Positions 56,901 to 63,954 of a stretch of DNA of 63,954 nt are shown one piece after another. The stretch's first letter is position 1; each line of letters begins with the position of its first letter. The notes under the pieces were generated by a model. The model saw only the letters and a program-made list of their open reading frames with translations. It was not told where the DNA came from and ran no database searches. Source of the DNA: Salpingoeca rosetta (lineage: Eukaryota; Protista; Choanoflagellata); assembly GCA_033442325.1 (NCBI GenBank), contig JAWQFM010000011.1:616750-680703 (forward strand), given 5' to 3'. Position numbers and translations under genes: made by a program.

Positions 56901-59138
56901 GCCCTCGTGTCGTACTCAGGGCTTTGATGGCTTCTTGCAAGTCCTGCTTGTCTTTCTGTAACCTCTGAATCATCGCCTCTGACGTCGTCGACATGATGGA
57001 CGAATTAAGCAAAATCAAGTGGTGAGAAACAGGGCCGAGGAGGGCTGCTCATAGGCACCAACACAATGCCTCAAACAGCGCAAGTGCACGGCGAGCAGGC
57101 AAGCACGCTTACCCTGTTTCTTGTTGATATCCTCCAGCTCTTGCTTGTCTTGCATCAGATTGTCCGTCGATACGCCTGAGTCACGAGCAATTCCATCACG
57201 CAGGCAAGTTACAAGATAGATAAAATAAGCTGGCGTCACCACCGTCACCCTGACATATCCACAAAAGCTGCGTGGGCGCCCACAACTGGTGCAGCACATG
57301 TTCAAGTATTAATCGACCATCTTGCGCCTGCTGGGGCTCGGAGTTGGGTTTGGGCAAGGAAGCGGCGAGGTGCGGCGAAGGAGTGTCAGGTGCCAGCCTC
57401 GGCTGAGCCACCAAATCAATCGTGGCGCCCTTGCTGACTTGGTCCCTAAAAGCAGCAACCAAACACGCAGTGTCAGTGGGAAGGGGAAGAGAGGGAGGTG
57501 GGAGAAGAGGGAGGTGGGAGAAGTAGCAAGGTTGTAGCTGTGTGTTTCTAGTGGAAGGCAAAGACATGCGCGAGTGCACTGTTGTGAGCCGGTAAATGAG
57601 AGCGCACGTCACCAACGATCTTTGTTCGCGCTTTCAGCTTGCATGCAGGCAACGTACATGTCGAGGCTGACTTCCGAGCCGGAAGCCTCCACTTGACGCA
57701 ACGCTTCGCGTCCACGGTGGGTGATCTTTCGGTTGTGGTGCAGCCTGTGGTGGGCACGAAGAACACAGACGTTAGGATCGCATTTGCGTATGGGATGGGA
57801 GGTGCTGCGAGCATATATGCGCGTGTTTGTGTGTTTGACTCTGTTTGTATCCATTTCACACGCAGAGAGAGAGAGAGAGAGACAGTGAGAGAGACAGTGA
57901 GAGAGAGTGAGAGAGACAGTGAGAGAGAGACAGTGAGAAAGAGAGAGAGACAGTGAGAGAGAGAGAGAGATTTACACACACACACACACACAGATACAAG
58001 CATGCACACGCAAGAATACACACAGTGCCAGACGCACGAGATTATGGAGAGGCGAGGATTCTTCCGCAGTACATCTGCCAGGCAGAGAGCGCCGTCATCG
58101 TCGACATCATTGCTGGCCAGTCTGGAACAGAATGAAAGCGCAAGCAAGCGCGTCGGCAGGCACACGGGCAGCATGGTGAGCTTGCGGTACCCAGCACATG
58201 AAACAGAACGCACCACCACCACCACCACCACAAGAGTACGAGCAGTGTTGACTCAACAAGAAGATACCCCCTGAACGCCTGCTTGCTTGAGCTGTACAAC
58301 GTGCACTGCCGCACACCACTCACGAGAGGGTGGTGAGGCGGGGGTGGATTAACAGCACTCGTGCAAGGGCCTTGACGCCGGCTGTCGTGATGTTGTTGTT
58401 GGCCAAGCTGAGGGAGGTTACAGGGTTGTGCGTGCAGCAATAACAGAAGCAAACATATAGAGAGCCAGGATGAGTTGGTGAGTTGGCGAAGGATGGCGCG
58501 TGTTCGGAAAGTGGGAAGAGGCACAGGGAAGGCGCATAAGGCACGACAGCAGCGAAATGCCCGCAAAATGACGTTGGGACGCTGAGACGTTGAGACATCG
58601 AGACCTTGCATCGGCAAGCGGCACACACACACACACACACACGCACGCACGCACGCACACACACACACACGCACACGCACACACACACACACACACAACA
58701 CGCACACACGAATAAAACGCACTCCAGCCAAGTGATGCGATCGTTGTGTCGGAGGGCTTCTGCGATGACGTTGACACCTGCGTCATCAATGTTCATTCCA
58801 CTCAGGCTGCAAACCATGTCACGGTGGGGAGAGCATACCAAAAACCAATCGGCAAGGTGCAAGGACGAGGTGAGGAGGTCACCGGAGCACCGGGTGGCTG
58901 TGACGTACTGCAGAAGCAAAACAACGACACAAACAGAACAAAGGCGCAGACGGCTTGCTTGCCGGCTTGCCCCTACAAACCAGACCCAGCACTCCCTGTT
59001 TCCTTCCTTCCTTTGCTTCCCAACACGCACGCACATCACGTGGGTGTTGCTGCCGTTCGTGGCCATGTCTCGAACGGTCTTCTTTGCAGCATCCTTGAGG
59101 TTGCTGGCCTCCAGCTGCTTCGCCAGCGTCTGATCCAT
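53999..59138 (-). CDS. LRR - coiled-coil linker - TKL protein kinase - PARP-like ADP-ribosyltransferase fusion (about 11 exons)
   Basis: ATG 59138; LRR exons 58723-58806, 58324-58407, 58038-58121, 57658-57744; short linker exons between about 56510 and 57445; kinase exon 55075-56219 (GGYG, VALK, HRDLKSANILL, DFG, GTLYWASPE, DVFSFG); ART exon 53999-54886 (RVFHG, YGAGFYFT..YALAY, VAEIAI). All junctions are GT..AG and phase-compatible. Confidence 0.85.
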
Positions 59139-59374
59139 AGTGAGCTGGTGAGATGGTGGCGTGTCGATGCCTTTGTCTGTGTTGAGGTTGCTCGTTTGTC
59201 TTTGTGTGGGTTGTGTGCTTGTTGTGTGCTTCTTGGCCAAGTGCGCTTGTCGCCCCATCTCTCCCATCGCTGGACACATCGAAAACCAATCAGTTGCCTT
59301 GCTGGCTGGGAAGTGAGCCAAAGGTTCCTCTTCTTCGAGACCTCGAATGCATGGCGACAGCACGACAGACAGAG

Positions 59375-59451
59375 TCACACAAGCAGCGCATCGCCTTCAT
59401 TCGCCTTGAGCTCTCGCAGCCCTGCACACAACCGCGCACTCGCCTCCTTGC

Positions 59452-59487
<36 letters not shown>

Positions 59488-60762
59488 TGTGAGGTACACT
59501 TTTACCTTGGCCATACAAGTTGCACACAAGCACATACGCGCACACGCACGCACACACATGCATACACACACGCACACGCACACACGCGCGCGCGCACACA
59601 CACACACACACCTTTGCTGGGGAGAGGTTGGCGAAAGCCACACGCACAAAGCCAGGCAGACCACAGGATGACCCGGGAATGACGGCGACATGGTGCTGGT
59701 GCGCAAGCCACTCGGCCACACGCTCATCCTCCTCGTGCGGCACCTGCATATGAAGGTAATAGAAGGGCACACGCATGTTTGTGAGCTCAGCGCTTACAGC
59801 AAAGCAAAAAGGCAACCTCAATCCACACACTTGCCAATACGCAACATACGTGCACACACGCACACACACACGCGCACACCTTGACCATGGCGTAGATGGC
59901 GCCGTCGTGGCGTCCAACGAGTGCGTTGGGATCATACGAGCGAATCGCGTCAAACAAAATCTCTGCGTGCATGCACGGGACGACAACACGACATGAGTGA
60001 CATCAGGTCACGCCCTGCGAGCAGACGCAGGAAACACAAGGAGCGCACTCCCACCAACTCACACACACACACACACACCCACTCACACACACACACCCAC
60101 TCACACATCCACTCACACTCACACACACCCACTCTCACACACACCCACTCACACACTCACTCACACACAAACAAACAAACAAACAAACACACACACACAC
60201 ACACAAACAAACACACACACACTCTGACCTCGGTTTGTGTCGAGTTTGCGGATGCGCTCAGCACACCACTCGTGCCCTGCAGCCACAGCACCCAACGCGA
60301 CAACTTGGCTGACGCAATGGTGGTGCACACACAAAAGCAAGCAACAGGCACACGAGCACATCAAATGCTGGGTGACCATGCGTACGATTGCATGTGCTGC
60401 GAGTCTTGCCACCCCTCGAGCGCACTTGAGGTGCAGGCCACCCACCTCAATCGAGCCGGGCAGATGACAACTGTGTCCTGTACTTTCATCAACTGTGGCG
60501 TCAGGGCCTGCAGAATCGCACACACACACACGCGCGCGCGCATATTCACAAGGCATGAGTGGACATCCTGAGCACGCATGTCTTCAAGCACACGTTTCCT
60601 GGCACTGTACACACATCATTCTGCCATGCAATGTAGCCCACGCGCCAGCCCATGAGCCCATATGCTTTGGAGAAGGAGTACACGTTCAGCACGTGGTCGC
60701 CACCAATGGATCTGCATGGGATGCGGCAACAATGGTGAGGGGCCAGACGATGAAAGGAATGG

Positions 60763-60841
<79 letters not shown>

Positions 60842-61260
60842 GGCACCTGCGTGGATGGAAGGACAGCAAGAGGAAAGTACACTCACACACGCACACACAC
60901 ACGTAAACATGTGCATATTCACACAGGCACACACACGTAACCATGTGCATATTCACACACGCACAACCCCCCTTCTCACACTGACTCACTCATGGTGTGC
61001 GCCGTCAAACACAAAGTATTCGTATGTGTTGTCGACAATGAACCAGACACCATGCTGTGTGCAGAGCTTGCTCATTGCTTTCAGTTCCTCCTTGCTGGCC
61101 ACCGTTCCCGTCGGGTTGCATGGGTTCACAAGCACCAGCATCTGCGCATGCAGACGAGTGTGCGTGTGTGCGCGCGTGCGTGTGTGTTTCAACACGTTGG
61201 CACGGGGGTGGGGCAATGCGACCACACAAACGAAACACTCAGGCTATCGAAGAACGACAG

Positions 61261-61336
<76 letters not shown>

Positions 61337-61781
61337 TGCATGCAGGACTGCACCTTCTTTCCTGCAAGGTTGGCCTCGAGCCAGTCAAGATCTGAACCAT
61401 GCATGCAGATGCATTGAGCATGCGTTGTTGCATCCGAACACGCACACACACGATGAACACGACCAAGAGCATAACCGAACACACACACACACGCACACAC
61501 AAGCACACACACACACACACACGCACACACAAGCACACACACACACACACACACACGAGCACTTTGGACCTGGCGCAAAGGTTGTGTGGTCGCGTGGGCA
61601 GTACGAAATGTTGCAGCCTGTCATCTGCAGTGCCATGTGATGATTGAAATAGTATGGGCGGAAGAGAACGACTTCGTCGCCAGCGTCGCAGAGTGCAAGC
61701 ACAATGTTGGCAAAGGCCTGGTTTGCGCCCGCAGTCACCATCACCTCGCACCCATCCAAGCCGTTCTCCTTCACGAGCTTG
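59375..61781 (-). CDS. PLP-dependent class I/II aminotransferase, ISS1/VAS1-like; 5' end in or beyond the gap
   Basis: VMVTAGANQAFANIVLALCDAGD, PYYFNHHMALQMTG, VNPCNPTG, IVDNTYEYF, SFSKAYGLMGWRVGY (PLP lysine), KVQDTVVIC, GAIY, WLAHQHHVAVIPG, VRVAF. Confidence 0.93.
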
Positions 61782-61974
61782 CTGTGTGGGAGAATATGTG
61801 TGTGTGTGTGCGTGCGTGTGTGTGTGTGTGTAAAGTGAACACGGATGCATGGGGACGCCTTGCGGATATGCATAATGCACATGAAACCATACACACACAC
61901 ACACACACACACAACAACACACACACACACACACACACACGACACACACGACACACACACACACACACACACGA

Positions 61975-62262
61975 NNNNNNNNNNNNNNNNNNNNNNNNNN
62001 NNNNNNNNNNNNNNNNNNNNNNNNNNNNNNNNNNNNNNNNNNNNNNNNNNNNNNNNNNNNNNNNNNNNNNNNNNNNNNNNNNNNNNNNNNNNNNNNNNNN
62101 NNNNNNNNNNNNNNNNNNNNNNNNNNNNNNNNNNNNNNNNNNNNNNNNNNNNNNNNNNNNNNNNNNNNNNNNNNNNNNNNNNNNNNNNNNNNNNNNNNNN
62201 NNNNNNNNNNNNNNNNNNNNNNNNNNNNNNNNNNNNNNNNNNNNNNNNNNNNNNNNNNNNNN
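61975..62262. other. Assembly gap, must hide the 5' exons of the aminotransferase and GlnRS genes
   Basis: N run between two 5'-truncated divergent genes. Confidence 0.95.
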
Positions 62263-62313
<51 letters not shown>

Positions 62314-62562
62314 CGTGTGTGTGTGTGTGTGTGTGGTCTGTGTGTGTGTGTGTGTGGTCTGTGTATCTGCGCCTGTGTCTGTGTCTGTGTCTGTGTGTGT
62401 GCACGTTCTTGTGTGTGATTCTCTGTCTCTGTGCTTGCGTGCGAGGCTGCGTGTCTGAACTAGTCACCTGTTCGTCGTGCCCATTCCAGTCTCCCTCTTG
62501 CTCCCTTGTCCGTGCCTCTCATCCCCCCCCCCACACACACGCACATGCACACATACACACAG

Positions 62563-63058
62563 GCTCGCAAGCACACGCAGGAGCCCTTCAACGCAGAGAT
62601 TGGCAAGGTCATCTTTGACTTTGCATCCAAGGTCAAGCTGACAACCAGCGAAGCACTGCGCAGGTCAGCTTCCTGCAGTGCACTGTTCTACTGAGCCGGC
62701 CTTGTCACACGTACAGTTGCCGCGTTGTAACAAACAACACTCACGCACCACACAATGTCTACTGTCCAGTTTGCTGGTTGCATACGTGTTCAGGACCGAT
62801 GCAGAGAAGCTGGCCACGCCAGAACAGCTCTCTGGTATGCATCACACACACACACACACAAAAAGAAGCATGCTTTCTTTCTCCTGGTTTGCCTCCTGCC
62901 ATCGTCATGACACGCACAAATGCAAACATGCACACATGCACACACACACACACGCACGCACGCATACACGTTCATGCACTTACACTTCCCAACTTCTACA
63001 TTCAATTGCACACACTACAGCGGCCATCAAGTTTGTCAACTCCAAGCCGGCCGATGCG
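62563..63058 (+). CDS. QARS1: Fragment of glutaminyl-tRNA synthetase N-terminal domain (exons 62563-62663, 62770-62834, 63021-63058)
   Basis: Spliced ARKHTQEPFNAEIGKVIFDFASKVK...SLLVAYVFRTDAEKLATPEQLS|AAIKFVNSKPADA resembles the eukaryotic GlnRS N-domain as I recall it (G.LLY.LAS...FLVSYI..KI.T..QLSAAL.YV.S.P). Confidence 0.7.
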
Positions 63059-63145
63059 GTACTTGGAGCCTGCGTGTGCGTTTTGACCATCTTGCGTTCT
63101 CGTGTGCAATGGCACCATGACTCGCCTGCCCCACTTCGCTCACGC

Positions 63146-63195
<50 letters not shown>

Positions 63196-63332
63196 ACACA
63201 GGCAGGCAGGCAGTTGATTTCACGCAAGGAACATGAACGCTCGCTTCAATGGCAGTATGGCAGCGAGTGTACACCACGATACGAACACACACACACACAC
63301 ACACACACGCACAAGCGCATGCGCGTGGACGT

Positions 63333-63820
63333 ACGGGACGTGATGGCCTTGTCTGTGGTTGTAGTTGAGGTTCTGTCGTACTGGCCCGTCTTCTTGGTGA
63401 TCTGATACAGCGAAAGGCGGTGCGATGTTGCGACGACAAACGTGTCCCACCTGCGATTGCGCGAGGAAGGAGAGCAACAGGCCAAGCATGGGCGAAAGCA
63501 GGCGTTCACTGTGACAAGGCATACCAACAAAGCAGTGGGTACACACACGCATGAACGCATCCACAAGCATAAATACACACGCACACACACACAGCAGACA
63601 CACGCATACACATACAGCACACACAGCACACACACAACACACCATTCGATGGCCTTGTCGGCAAAGTTGCCCGGGTTGAAGAGGAGCTCAACAATGGTGT
63701 CGTCTGCATCCTCCTGAATCACTTGCTTGGGCGTGGCCTCTGCTGGCGTGTTCCACAGCGCGGCCGTGTCAAAGATGTACACGCTGCCGCCAACCGCGCA
63801 CGCGAGCACGCGCCCGTCAC
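63333..63820 (-). CDS. Internal exons of a beta-propeller protein, possibly Nup214/Nup159 N-terminal domain
   Basis: DGRVLACAVGGSVYIFDTAALW...EDADDTIVELLFNPGNFAD and WDTFVVATSHRLSLYQI..KAITS|GTACGT. The pattern fits propeller blades; the family call is tentative. Confidence 0.45.
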
Positions 63821-63908
63821 TTCATGCAATACCAAAGCGCCGCAGTGGTAAGGAGGCACACAGGGTGAGATGAGCACAGGTTGAAAAACATGCGCAGACG
63901 CACAGGTG

Positions 63909-63954
<46 letters not shown>

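Noticed and set aside
56220-57657. Roco/LRRK or NLR interpretation of the LRR-kinase gene
   Set aside because: The linker exons contain no P-loop, Roc, COR or NACHT motif; they are short low-complexity or coiled-coil segments.

Overview
Intron-rich eukaryotic DNA with (CA)n/(TG)n-filled introns and four N-gaps. Gene content and repeat style suggest a choanoflagellate such as Salpingoeca rosetta (inference, not verified). Most ORFs in the supplied track are microsatellite artefacts, so I built gene models by hand from GT..AG junctions. Left to right: ABCB/MDR transporter copy A (-, runs off the left edge); small LRR-only gene (+); CBWD/ZNG1 (-); AnmK-like kinase (+); ERGIC2 (-); SKI3/TTC37 (+); PDZ-PP2C phosphatase (-); tamalin/CYTIP-like PDZ coiled-coil protein (-); CNOT9 (+); MEMO1 (-); ABCB copy B (+, last exon not found); intronless secreted Gly/Cys-rich protein (-); an 11-exon LRR-TKL kinase-PARP-like ADP-ribosyltransferase fusion (-); ISS1/VAS1-like aminotransferase (-); then fragments of glutaminyl-tRNA synthetase (+) and a beta-propeller gene (-) that collide at a CA repeat. 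The best candidate for a new system is the LRR-kinase-ART(H-Y-E) protein together with its repeat-for-repeat LRR-only paralogue about 50 kb away. Second is the inverted ABCB pair, near-identical even in introns except at substrate-lining transmembrane helices.
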